From TPA_inf: Saccharomyces (taxonomy: Eukaryota): a stretch of 64,000 nucleotides of DNA. The notes under the pieces are model-generated. The model saw only the letters and a list, made by a program, of their open reading frames with translations, searched no databases and was not told where the DNA came from. This document shows, in pieces, positions 21,186 to 30,923 of this stretch. The DNA lies in NCBI GenBank assembly GCA_000146045.2, contig BK006938.2:160001-224000 (forward strand). Reading direction: 5' to 3'. Positions within the stretch are counted from its first letter, which is position 1. Each line of letters starts with the position of its first letter. The translations under genes were made by a program, and so were the position numbers.

Positions 21186-23018
21186 TTAATTCTTGAATTT
21201 AACAGACCTCGTCAAACCCTTCTTGATACCTGTCTTTTCACCTTCATAGACGCCAGATTGACCACCAGAATAAACTGCACGAACCGACTTGAGTTTCTTT
21301 TGTGCCTTTTGGTATTTCTTTCTCTTCTTGACACGAGAGTTTCTGTTATCCTTGTTTCTTTTAGGCGTTAGACCCTTGTTCTTTAAAATTTGATAATTAA
21401 TGGCACGCTTACCATCACCTGAGACATTTTCAGCCAATTCCGCCAATTTTCCTTCCCTTGCAGCAATAACAGCATTCTTATGAGCCTCTTTACGAGATAT
21501 TTTCTTGTCTTGTTTACCTCTCTGAACCTGTTGATAATAATCGTTCTCGCCTTGAGTGTTGATGCTCCTAGACACAGCTTCATCTTCAGAACCGTAATCC
21601 TTATCGTCTAGGTCAGCACCATTATTATCATGCATACCACGTTTACGAGCTTCATCCAACAGACGTTGCTGCCTTTCAAATAAACGTTCCTTATATGGAA
21701 TATCATCATCACCTTTGAATCTATCCGTCTTTTTATTTTCTTGTTGATCAATTTTCGAAGTATAGAAACGCAAAGTTCTTCTACGAGCTTTTTTGTCTTG
21801 TGCGTCCACATCAGCAATCTCAGATTCAATGAAATCATCAGCTTCAGGCATTGATGATGTTTTCGGTTTAGAATGCAGACGTGATTGTGCTACGTACTCT
21901 TCAAAATCGTCAATATCAACATCTTCTTCTTCTTCTTCTTCATCGCTTTCTCTTTCTTCTTCATCAATTTCTTGCTTTTGTTTTCCTCCATCCTCTGCAT
22001 CAGAATCTTCACTGTTTTGCAACTCATTCAGCTTCTTTTCGTTAAAGGCCTCAATGTTTGCGGTTTCTTCACTTTCAGAACCATCTCCTTCATTCACATC
22101 AAAACTAGATGGCAATTCGCTGGCTTGCCTCCAAATCTCTTTTGTCGTTAAAATCTTTTCCATGACCGGATGTCCCTTCATAGATGTGAAATCTTCATTA
22201 TTATGGAGTTCGTGCAACAAGATACTATAGTAACATGATATTGTGCCTAGGTAACTTCCAAGTGCAATTAGCTTTAATTTATTGAACTCATTTTCCTCAG
22301 ATTTCTTTAATTCGTCAAACTTTGGAGCTAATTCTGTGAATTCTTTTGAAAGTGGAGCAAATTCAGGAAACATTGTCCTTAAATAGTTATCCCTTGCTTC
22401 GTCATCCATATTTAGAATATCCGTTATGGAAGTTTTAGTATCAGCCTGCTTGGTCGAGTTCTTAAATTCACCCATGTCAAATTCTTTGGCACTTTTGACC
22501 CACTCTTCTTCTTCTTCTTCATCTAAGTAATCGTTCATATTAAGTTCTTCCAGATGCTTCTTTTGTTGTCGTAAAGCTTCCTTTTCTATTTCCTTAGCAG
22601 CTTCGTCATCATCTAAATCATCAGCCCCATAATATTCTCCTTTTGTGGACCCCCAGGCATTCTCGTTGTCTAACATACCATTCTCTTCATCTTCCTCAGG
22701 AAGCTGGTCAGTTTCTAAGTTTCTACCAAATATTTTCTTATAGGCTGCAGCACCATCTAGTTCCTCTTCCTCTTCTTCTTCCTCATCTTCTCTTTCATCT
22801 ATTGACTCATCATCTTCATCCATGGCTAAGACTTCTTCCTCATCTTCGTCTTCTAACAGAGAATGGTCATCATCTTTATTACTGTCGCCAAAGGTGGATT
22901 GTCCAAGTAAAACCTTTTCCCTTTTAGAAGCAAAATCATCAACTTCGTTTAAACCATACGGATTAATCTCATCCCCAACTTCAGAGGTCTTAGTTCTGTT
23001 TGAGCCTTTGCGTACCAT
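21186..23018 (-). CDS. SAS10: SSU processome component Sas10/Utp3 with long acidic tracts (610 aa)
   Basis: A Sas10/Utp3 domain and a basic C-terminal Sas10 C domain (KKRKKYQKAQKKLK...) are present, with poly-Glu/Asp stretches. Confidence 0.9.
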   Translation of the reverse strand: MVRKGSNRTKTSEVGDEINPYGLNEVDDFASKREKVLLGQSTFGDSNKDDDHSLLEDEDEEEVLAMDEDDESIDEREDEEEEEEEELDGAAAYKKIFGRNLETDQLPEEDEENGMLDNENAWGSTKGEYYGADDLDDDEAAKEIEKEALRQQKKHLEELNMNDYLDEEEEEEWVKSAKEFDMGEFKNSTKQADTKTSITDILNMDDEARDNYLRTMFPEFAPLSKEFTELAPKFDELKKSEENEFNKLKLIALGSYLGTISCYYSILLHELHNNEDFTSMKGHPVMEKILTTKEIWRQASELPSSFDVNEGDGSESEETANIEAFNEKKLNELQNSEDSDAEDGGKQKQEIDEEERESDEEEEEEDVDIDDFEEYVAQSRLHSKPKTSSMPEADDFIESEIADVDAQDKKARRRTLRFYTSKIDQQENKKTDRFKGDDDIPYKERLFERQQRLLDEARKRGMHDNNGADLDDKDYGSEDEAVSRSINTQGENDYYQQVQRGKQDKKISRKEAHKNAVIAAREGKLAELAENVSGDGKRAINYQILKNKGLTPKRNKDNRNSRVKKRKKYQKAQKKLKSVRAVYSGGQSGVYEGEKTGIKKGLTRSVKFKN

Positions 23019-23085
23019 ATTATTCTATACACCCACTCTAATATGTTTTCTCTTCCTCCAAAACTTTTTGTATAAAAGCATCAGT

Positions 23086-23158
23086 GAGATGAGCTATGAT
23101 GAGATGAGCTTCATTATTGAATTTTTTTTCATTGCAGAAGCGCAGTTTGAAAATTTTT
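23086..23158. promoter_or_regulatory. Two tandem PAC-like motifs (GAGATGAGCT at 23086-23095 and at 23101-23110) plus an RRPE (TGAAAATTTTT, 23148-23158). They sit in the shared divergent SAS10/RPC53 promoter.
   Basis: These match the ribosome-biogenesis regulon consensus motifs (PAC GCGATGAGCT; RRPE AAAAATTTT). Both flanking genes are ribosome-biogenesis and Pol III genes. Confidence 0.65.
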
Positions 23159-23342
23159 CATCCGCCCTGCAAAGTCCAATTTTTTGATCAGCAGAAGATA
23201 ATGACCAGAGAATTATGGTATTCAAGAGAACAATTCAAAAGAGGACAGCTAGAAAGATATTGAGGTATTTATAATTTGCTAGACTAACCGAAAGTCGAAG
23301 CGTAATCTTGTTTTTTATTAAGCGGGATAGCATTCATTAAGT

Positions 23343-24611
23343 ATGAGCAGTAATAAAGGAAATGGGCGCTTGCCATCATTAAAAGATTCCTCCTCCAATG
23401 GAGGAGGATCTGCCAAGCCCTCATTAAAGTTTAAACCAAAAGCAGTTGCAAGAAAGTCCAAGGAAGAAAGAGAAGCAGCTGCGTCCAAAGTAAAGCTAGA
23501 GGAGGAATCTAAGAGAGGTAATGACAAGAAACATTTCAATAACAAGAATAAAAGAGTAACCGGCGCTGGCGGCCAGCAAAGGCGAATGGCCAAATACTTA
23601 AATAACACACACGTTATCTCTAGCGGTCCATTGGCGGCTGGGAACTTTGTAAGTGAGAAGGGTGATTTGAGAAGAGGATTCATCAAATCAGAAGGAAGCG
23701 GGTCATCTCTTGTGCAAAAGGGCCTGGAAACTATTGACAATGGTGCTGAGAGCTCTGAGAATGAGGCAGAAGACGATGATAATGAAGGTGTAGCGTCCAA
23801 ATCTAAGAAGAAGTTCAATATGGGAAAAGAATTCGAGGCACGCAATCTCATAGAGGACGAAGATGACGGCGAAAGTGAAAAGAGCAGTGACGTCGACATG
23901 GATGACGAAGAATGGAGATCTAAACGGATTGAACAGTTATTCCCTGTGAGACCTGTCCGCGTAAGACACGAAGACGTTGAAACTGTCAAAAGAGAAATAC
24001 AAGAAGCTCTTTCAGAAAAGCCAACTCGTGAACCAACCCCCAGTGTGAAGACAGAGCCTGTCGGAACCGGATTACAATCTTATTTGGAAGAAAGAGAAAG
24101 GCAAGTCAATGAGAAACTGGCAGATCTTGGACTTGAAAAGGAGTTTCAATCGGTTGATGGGAAAGAAGCGGCCGCTGAGTTGGAATTATTAAATGCAGAT
24201 CATCAGCATATATTACGAAAACTAAAGAAAATGAATAATAAACCAGAAAGATTCATGGTATTCCAGTTACCTACTAGGTTACCAGCTTTTGAAAGACCCG
24301 CTGTGAAAGAAGAAAAAGAAGACATGGAAACCCAGGCTAGCGACCCTTCAAAGAAGAAGAAGAATATTAAAAAGAAGGACACGAAGGATGCTTTGTCTAC
24401 TAGAGAACTTGCCGGCAAGGTTGGGTCTATACGGGTTCACAAATCTGGAAAACTTTCCGTGAAAATTGGAAATGTGGTGATGGATATTGGCAAAGGTGCC
24501 GAAACCACATTTTTACAAGATGTTATAGCATTAAGTATCGCTGATGATGCATCCTCAGCGGAACTTCTAGGCCGTGTGGACGGTAAAATAGTAGTCACAC
24601 CTCAAATCTAA
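23343..24611 (+). CDS. RPC53: RNA polymerase III subunit C53 (422 aa)
   Basis: A lysine- and acidic-rich Rpc4/C53-family protein. The length and its position divergent from SAS10 fit RPC53. Confidence 0.9.
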   Translation: MSSNKGNGRLPSLKDSSSNGGGSAKPSLKFKPKAVARKSKEEREAAASKVKLEEESKRGNDKKHFNNKNKRVTGAGGQQRRMAKYLNNTHVISSGPLAAGNFVSEKGDLRRGFIKSEGSGSSLVQKGLETIDNGAESSENEAEDDDNEGVASKSKKKFNMGKEFEARNLIEDEDDGESEKSSDVDMDDEEWRSKRIEQLFPVRPVRVRHEDVETVKREIQEALSEKPTREPTPSVKTEPVGTGLQSYLEERERQVNEKLADLGLEKEFQSVDGKEAAAELELLNADHQHILRKLKKMNNKPERFMVFQLPTRLPAFERPAVKEEKEDMETQASDPSKKKKNIKKKDTKDALSTRELAGKVGSIRVHKSGKLSVKIGNVVMDIGKGAETTFLQDVIALSIADDASSAELLGRVDGKIVVTPQI

Positions 24612-24924
24612 TCGCACTCGCATCTGTCGAGTATATAAATGAATATACACAGTCATAAATACTTCTAGAACAAATTACACTAATTAAGATGCTTAGATTC
24701 CCATTCAAAAGGTACTATTGACGTCTTGTCTTCTACAATTTCTCATCCTCTTTGAACATTGGTAATGTTATTCTAGTTATTGTTACCCAGTTTCGGAACT
24801 TTAGGGGAGCCACACTTTAAACAAAAAGAAGCGCCATAACCACCGTGAAGTAATGAGTATCTCACTTTGATAAGAAGACATTTAAGAACAGCCTGAAATA
24901 TCAAAATCACGGAATTATTAGGTT

Positions 24925-27918
24925 ATGGAGAGAGATGAATACCAGTTACCCAACTCTCATGGGAAGAATACTTTCTTATCGCGAATATTTGGTTTACAAT
25001 CGGATGAAGTTAATCCTTCTCTTAATAGCCAGGAGATGAGCAACTTCCCTTTACCAGACATAGAGAGAGGCTCATCTTTATTGCATTCTACTAACGACAG
25101 CCGCGAAGATGTAGATGAGAATGACTTACGTGTTCCTGAGTCTGACCAAGGCACTAGTACAGAAGAAGAGGATGAAGTAGATGAAGAGCAAGTCCAGGCG
25201 TATGCTCCACAGATTAGTGATGGATTGGATGGAGACCACCAGCTAAATTCTGTAACGAGCAAAGAAAATGTACTTGAAACGGAAAAAAGCAATTTAGAAA
25301 GACTGGTTGAAGGCTCTACCGATGATTCTGTGCCCAAAGTCGGACAGCTTTCGTCAGAAGAAGAAGAGGATAATGAGTTCATAAATAATGATGGATTTGA
25401 TGACGATACGCCCCTTTTTCAAAAAAGCAAGATTCATGAATTTAGCTCTAAGAAAAGCAATACTATAGAGGACGGTAAACGACCTTTGTTTTTCAGGCAT
25501 ATCTTACAGAATAACCGCCCTCAACGTGATACCCAAAAGCTATTTACTTCGTCGAACGCCATTCACCATGATAAGGACAAGAGTGCAAATAATGGTCCCC
25601 GTAACATTAATGGTAATCAAAAGCATGGCACTAAATACTTTGGTAGTGCTACACAACCTCGGTTTACCGGTTCGCCCTTAAATAATACAAACAGGTTCAC
25701 TAAATTGTTTCCATTAAGAAAGCCAAATTTACTGAGCAATATATCCGTTTTAAACAATACCCCGGAAGATAGAATCAATACGTTGAGCGTGAAAGAGCGG
25801 GCTCTGTGGAAATGGGCAAACGTAGAAAACCTCGATATATTTCTTCAAGATGTTTACAATTATTATCTGGGAAATGGGTTCTATTGCATCATACTGGAAA
25901 AAATATTGAATATATGCACTTTGCTTTTTGTTGTTTTTGTTTCTACATATATGGGTCACTGTGTTGACTACTCCAAATTACCGACTAGTCACCGGGTTTC
26001 GGATATTATTATCGACAAGTGTTATTCTAATAGTATAACGGGGTTCACAAAGTTTTTCCTTTGGATGTTTTATTTCTTCGTGATTCTCAAAATTGTTCAA
26101 CTCTACTTTGATGTTCAAAAATTATCAGAATTACAAAACTTTTACAAGTATCTTTTAAATATATCGGATGACGAACTTCAAACTTTGCCCTGGCAAAATG
26201 TGATACAGCAGCTAATGTACTTGAAGGATCAAAACGCTATGACGGCAAATGTTGTGGAAGTCAAAGCCAAGAATAGAATCGACGCGCATGACGTTGCCAA
26301 TAGAATCATGAGAAGAGAAAACTATCTCATAGCACTTTACAATAGCGACATCCTGAATTTATCCTTGCCTATTCCATTATTTAGGACCAACGTTCTGACA
26401 AAAACACTAGAATGGAATATTAATTTATGCGTCATGGGCTTTGTGTTCAACGAGTCCGGATTTATTAAACAAAGTATTTTAAAACCTTCTCAAAGAGAAT
26501 TCACGAGAGAAGAATTACAAAAAAGATTCATGCTGGCAGGATTTCTTAATATTATATTGGCACCATTTCTGGTCACATACTTTGTTTTGCTTTATTTTTT
26601 CAGATATTTTAATGAGTATAAAACTTCTCCTGGATCTATTGGTGCTCGTCAATACACACCAATTGCTGAATGGAAATTCCGTGAGTACAATGAACTTTAC
26701 CATATTTTTAAGAAAAGAATAAGTTTGAGCACAACCTTAGCTAACAAGTATGTTGATCAGTTCCCGAAGGAAAAGACCAATTTGTTTCTGAAATTTGTTT
26801 CCTTTATTTGTGGATCATTTGTGGCCATTTTAGCTTTTCTCACTGTATTCGATCCAGAAAACTTTTTAAACTTTGAAATCACCTCGGACAGATCTGTCAT
26901 TTTCTACATTACTATTCTGGGTGCTATATGGTCTGTAAGTAGAAATACAATAACCCAGGAGTACCATGTTTTCGACCCCGAAGAGACGCTCAAGGAGTTG
27001 TATGAATATACACACTATCTACCAAAGGAATGGGAAGGAAGATATCACAAAGAGGAAATCAAACTAGAGTTCTGTAAATTGTACAACTTGAGAATAGTAA
27101 TACTTTTGAGGGAACTCACTAGCCTGATGATAACACCGTTTGTACTTTGGTTTTCGTTGCCCTCGTCAGCCGGCAGGATTGTAGATTTCTTCAGAGAGAA
27201 TTCTGAATATGTGGACGGATTAGGTTACGTTTGCAAGTATGCTATGTTTAACATGAAAAACATAGACGGTGAAGATACACACAGCATGGATGAAGACAGT
27301 TTAACGAAAAAGATTGCCGTGAACGGAAGTCATACACTCAACAGTAAACGAAGGAGTAAATTTACCGCCGAAGACCATAGCGATAAAGATTTGGCAAATA
27401 ATAAAATGTTACAATCATATGTATATTTTATGGATGATTATTCCAACAGTGAAAACTTAACAGGGAAGTACCAATTGCCTGCAAAAAAAGGCTATCCGAA
27501 TAATGAAGGCGATTCATTTCTCAACAATAAGTATTCTTGGAGAAAGCAATTTCAGCCAGGTCAAAAGCCGGAGCTATTTAGAATAGGTAAGCATGCTCTC
27601 GGCCCTGGCCATAATATTTCCCCTGCTATATATTCTACAAGGAATCCCGGCAAGAACTGGGATAACAATAATAATGGTGATGACATTAAGAACGGGACCA
27701 ATAATGCTACAGCTAAAAATGATGACAATAATGGCAATAATGATCATGAATACGTACTAACAGAGTCTTTCCTTGATTCGGGCGCATTCCCTAATCATGA
27801 TGTAATAGACCATAATAAAATGCTAAACTCAAATTACAATGGTAATGGCATACTCAATAAGGGTGGTGTCTTAGGACTTGTTAAAGAGTATTACAAGAAG
27901 TCTGACGTCGGAAGATAA
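24925..27918 (+). CDS. ATG9: Autophagy transmembrane lipid scramblase Atg9 (997 aa)
   Basis: An Atg9 core with multiple transmembrane helices is present, and the C-terminus is N-rich. The length is 997 aa. Confidence 0.93.
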   Translation: MERDEYQLPNSHGKNTFLSRIFGLQSDEVNPSLNSQEMSNFPLPDIERGSSLLHSTNDSREDVDENDLRVPESDQGTSTEEEDEVDEEQVQAYAPQISDGLDGDHQLNSVTSKENVLETEKSNLERLVEGSTDDSVPKVGQLSSEEEEDNEFINNDGFDDDTPLFQKSKIHEFSSKKSNTIEDGKRPLFFRHILQNNRPQRDTQKLFTSSNAIHHDKDKSANNGPRNINGNQKHGTKYFGSATQPRFTGSPLNNTNRFTKLFPLRKPNLLSNISVLNNTPEDRINTLSVKERALWKWANVENLDIFLQDVYNYYLGNGFYCIILEKILNICTLLFVVFVSTYMGHCVDYSKLPTSHRVSDIIIDKCYSNSITGFTKFFLWMFYFFVILKIVQLYFDVQKLSELQNFYKYLLNISDDELQTLPWQNVIQQLMYLKDQNAMTANVVEVKAKNRIDAHDVANRIMRRENYLIALYNSDILNLSLPIPLFRTNVLTKTLEWNINLCVMGFVFNESGFIKQSILKPSQREFTREELQKRFMLAGFLNIILAPFLVTYFVLLYFFRYFNEYKTSPGSIGARQYTPIAEWKFREYNELYHIFKKRISLSTTLANKYVDQFPKEKTNLFLKFVSFICGSFVAILAFLTVFDPENFLNFEITSDRSVIFYITILGAIWSVSRNTITQEYHVFDPEETLKELYEYTHYLPKEWEGRYHKEEIKLEFCKLYNLRIVILLRELTSLMITPFVLWFSLPSSAGRIVDFFRENSEYVDGLGYVCKYAMFNMKNIDGEDTHSMDEDSLTKKIAVNGSHTLNSKRRSKFTAEDHSDKDLANNKMLQSYVYFMDDYSNSENLTGKYQLPAKKGYPNNEGDSFLNNKYSWRKQFQPGQKPELFRIGKHALGPGHNISPAIYSTRNPGKNWDNNNNGDDIKNGTNNATAKNDDNNGNNDHEYVLTESFLDSGAFPNHDVIDHNKMLNSNYNGNGILNKGGVLGLVKEYYKKSDVGR

Positions 27919-28153
27919 GGCAGACTGTGTCGTGTACATCATCCAATATAACTATATATATAACTGTTTCCTTTCTTTTTCGTATTTACCTAAATGCATA
28001 TATTATTCAGTTCCCACTAATTTTGTACTACAATAATAAGAGAATCCCTTCCCTGTTTTAGAAATGAGTAGTTCTTTTCTTTTTCATAAATAATACAGTT
28101 GTCTCTGAGAAGCCTAATAAGAAAAAAAGAGGTTAATAAATTATTATTATTGG

Positions 28154-30586
28154 TTATTTCTTTCCGCCACGTAGTTTTCTTTCTCTTTCATACTTGTTTT
28201 TTTCCGCACCTTCTTCGGTATTAATAGTGTTAACAATATGAGCCATCTTTGCATGGTAGTCGCTGCTCTCCTTGTTCTTTTCTTCAATTCTTTGTCTAGC
28301 TTCAAATTTGGCGTCTTTACGGATTTCTTTCATAGTGAATTTACGTTCCTTCTTTAGTTGGGCCTTCATCTTATTTATCTCACTTCTTGTTCTATCAGGA
28401 TCGTACGATTTTTTATCAGGATTGAAGTTTTCTTCGTATTTAGGAGCATGCGTAGGTATGGATACGGGTTTGTGGTTCTGTAAAGCCAACGGAATATGTT
28501 CTGTGAATTTCGTTAATTTTTCAACTTTGTTCAAAATATTTCTTGGCTTTTCAAAATCAGAATACTTTGAGGTGTATGCACTTAATAACTGCTGAATCGG
28601 TAAAATAATTTCATTGAAAGCAGGTAAGCTCTTCCACACAGTAGAGATAGTTGCATCTAAAGATTCCATAACATTTAGTAAAACGGAGACACATTGATCA
28701 ACCGGATGTGCCTCGGTATCCATTGTTGACAAGGTATGTAATGGAATAATAGTTGATCTCTTTTTTGTAAAGTCAACGTCCAATGGAAGCCCCAACTCGT
28801 AAGAGTCTAGTCTAATATTTTCAAAATCTAATGGTTTTTCTTGATTTTCTTTCTCAACTATAAAAGTGAGTAATATTTTTTGAAAGAAGTAAACCACCTC
28901 CGGTATGTACCGTTTGGAAATGCGTTGATATTGTGAAACAATCCTTACCAAGACAGCGCCAAAAGCTATCCTCTTTAAAGAATTAAACTTGATTTGTTCC
29001 AGGAACTGGCTCATTAAAATCAATGCTGGAGTTATTACTAAATGGTACTGGTCCGAGGTGGAGAAAAGAATACCAATAATGGAAAAAAATACCAGATCAC
29101 CATTTGATAGAGCATCAAAATGGTTCTTTTTATAGCGTGCTTGCATTTCATTGATATAATCTCTACACTCCTCGGAAAGCTCTCTATTATATTTCTCTGA
29201 AAGGGATTTTAGAATTGAGATCAATGCATTTTGTGTACGTTTAAAACTTTGAACGTTTTTAAGGTAGTTTTGATTGCTTAGAAAAATGATGTGTCTCAGT
29301 AAAACAGCGGTGAATTTTCCTAACTTTTCCTTATTACCTTCAGCCAATTTTGGTTGGTAAGCTTTGATAATATTCTTAACAATCTTAGGATGATCATCTA
29401 AGTCTAATTTTTTTACTTGATCTAATAACGCATCATGAGTTCTAGGGCATGAAATGGAAATGTTCTTTTTCTTTAAAATTTGAGAAAACCCTTCATCTCT
29501 GCCTTGATCTTCAAATTTGATATCATCATCAGAATCAGCAATACCGTCATTATCGTCTTCATAGTCTTCTTCATTTTCCCAGAATCCATCATCCAAATCC
29601 TCTACTCCTCTTTCTTCGCCTTCTTCTAATTCAATCATACCGTTCATACGATCAAGACGCTGTTGTTCCAACTCCCGTTTTTTTTCTTCAGCTTCAGCGT
29701 TTTTCTCCTCTTCAGTTTTAGTTCTATCAGAGGGTGCAGCTCTTTTGTCCAATTGTAGTTCTTTCACTTTGATATCATACTCCTTATCTAGATCGGTCTT
29801 AGGTTCCATTGGATTCTTCTTGGGTTGCGTCATCATCAATTCAGACATAACATCCTCGAAATTATCATCCAGATTATCTATTTGATCTTCCATTATACCT
29901 TGAGCCTTTTGTCTTTCTTGTTTGTAAAATTTTGATTTGGCAATGACCTCTTTCATGACTTCAGCTTTGGTTTTTTTTCTTTGAGGTTGCTGTAGCTCAG
30001 CATCATCTTCATTGAATCGTTTGGAAGCTAAAAAATCCTCTTCATCATTGGCAAGCTCATCTTCTAGGGACAGCGATTGACCTAAATGTGTAAGACCGTC
30101 TCCAAACATGTCACCGTCGTCTTCATCGTCTTCAAGATTGAATAAATTTGCGTTTCTCTTTGATTGGCTTTGTCTTTCTCTGGTGAAACGTTCCAACATT
30201 TTTTCTTCTTCCGTCAACAACTTGTCTCTTTCACCAAATCTCTTATCGATCACACCACCACGTTTATTCTTCATCATTTTTCTTGCTTCAAATGCACGCT
30301 TTCTTTGTTCTTCACCGATCTGTTTAGAGATACCAGGCTTACCCACAGCAATACGATCAGCAGTTTTAGAAGGCAGACCATCTCTCCTCTTATTCCTTGC
30401 AGCCTTTATTTCAAACGGATTAAACTCTTCTCTGATTTCAGCAATGGCCTTTTTTTTTTCTTCACGATCATACTCCTTCGCTTGTCTTTTGGAATTCTTT
30501 TTATTCTTACTTTTGACGTTTGTTTGACCTGTGAGTCCACGGGCCTTCAAGGCGGCCTTTAAATTCTTAAGTTGTGAACCGGCCAT
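28154..30586 (-). CDS. NOP14: Nucleolar SSU processome protein Nop14 (810 aa)
   Basis: A Nop14-family protein with basic N- and C-termini and a central acidic tract. Confidence 0.92.
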   Translation of the reverse strand: MAGSQLKNLKAALKARGLTGQTNVKSKNKKNSKRQAKEYDREEKKKAIAEIREEFNPFEIKAARNKRRDGLPSKTADRIAVGKPGISKQIGEEQRKRAFEARKMMKNKRGGVIDKRFGERDKLLTEEEKMLERFTRERQSQSKRNANLFNLEDDEDDGDMFGDGLTHLGQSLSLEDELANDEEDFLASKRFNEDDAELQQPQRKKTKAEVMKEVIAKSKFYKQERQKAQGIMEDQIDNLDDNFEDVMSELMMTQPKKNPMEPKTDLDKEYDIKVKELQLDKRAAPSDRTKTEEEKNAEAEEKKRELEQQRLDRMNGMIELEEGEERGVEDLDDGFWENEEDYEDDNDGIADSDDDIKFEDQGRDEGFSQILKKKNISISCPRTHDALLDQVKKLDLDDHPKIVKNIIKAYQPKLAEGNKEKLGKFTAVLLRHIIFLSNQNYLKNVQSFKRTQNALISILKSLSEKYNRELSEECRDYINEMQARYKKNHFDALSNGDLVFFSIIGILFSTSDQYHLVITPALILMSQFLEQIKFNSLKRIAFGAVLVRIVSQYQRISKRYIPEVVYFFQKILLTFIVEKENQEKPLDFENIRLDSYELGLPLDVDFTKKRSTIIPLHTLSTMDTEAHPVDQCVSVLLNVMESLDATISTVWKSLPAFNEIILPIQQLLSAYTSKYSDFEKPRNILNKVEKLTKFTEHIPLALQNHKPVSIPTHAPKYEENFNPDKKSYDPDRTRSEINKMKAQLKKERKFTMKEIRKDAKFEARQRIEEKNKESSDYHAKMAHIVNTINTEEGAEKNKYERERKLRGGKK

Positions 30587-30701
30587 GTATTTGATCTTCC
30601 CTTTTATTTGCTTCTCAACTGTACTATTTACAGTAATAATTAGTGCAACCTTCAGATGCTTCTCGCTAAATGCTCATCTCTAAATTATCATTATTATTCC
30701 T

Positions 30702-30734
30702 AATAAATCCTAAAATTTTTCACTCGTTCTGTAC
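30702..30734. promoter_or_regulatory. An RRPE (AAAATTTTT, 30702-30710) and a PAC motif (GCTCATCGC, the reverse complement of GCGATGAGC, 30726-30734) lie about 115-150 bp upstream of NOP14
   Basis: The motifs match the ribosome-biogenesis regulon consensus and have the orientation and spacing typical of such promoters. Confidence 0.65.
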
Positions 30735-30785
30735 GGCTCATCGCCCCAATATTACCCGTCTTGTATGTGATCTTTTTGACTTTTC

Positions 30786-30794
30786 GGTGGCAAA
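30786..30794 (+). promoter_or_regulatory. PACE (Rpn4-binding proteasome-associated control element), GGTGGCAAA, 130 bp upstream of RPN5
   Basis: A perfect 9-mer match to GGTGGCAAA. The downstream gene encodes a proteasome lid subunit. Confidence 0.75.
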
Positions 30795-30923
30795 ATGCAA
30801 AGGGGAATCCAAGGAAAAACCATAACAGGACACTACATCAGAGATAATCTTGAATTAAGAGAGTAGAGGAATATACTGCTGGGCTCACTACCATTTTTGT
30901 TGCTAGAGTAAACGTAGAGAAAG

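Noticed and set aside
22822-23989. ORFs 22822..23187 (+) and 23318..23989 (-), overlapping SAS10 and RPC53 respectively
   Set aside because: They lie antisense to strongly supported genes. Their Ser/Leu/Phe-rich composition mirrors the Glu/Lys-rich sense codons. They are likely non-coding.
24957-30562. Several 60-140-aa antisense ORFs inside ATG9 and NOP14 (for example 24957..25382 minus, 30108..30527 plus, 30164..30562 plus)
   Set aside because: They lie within and opposite long conserved CDSs, are Ser/Leu/Phe-rich mirror frames and give no independent support.
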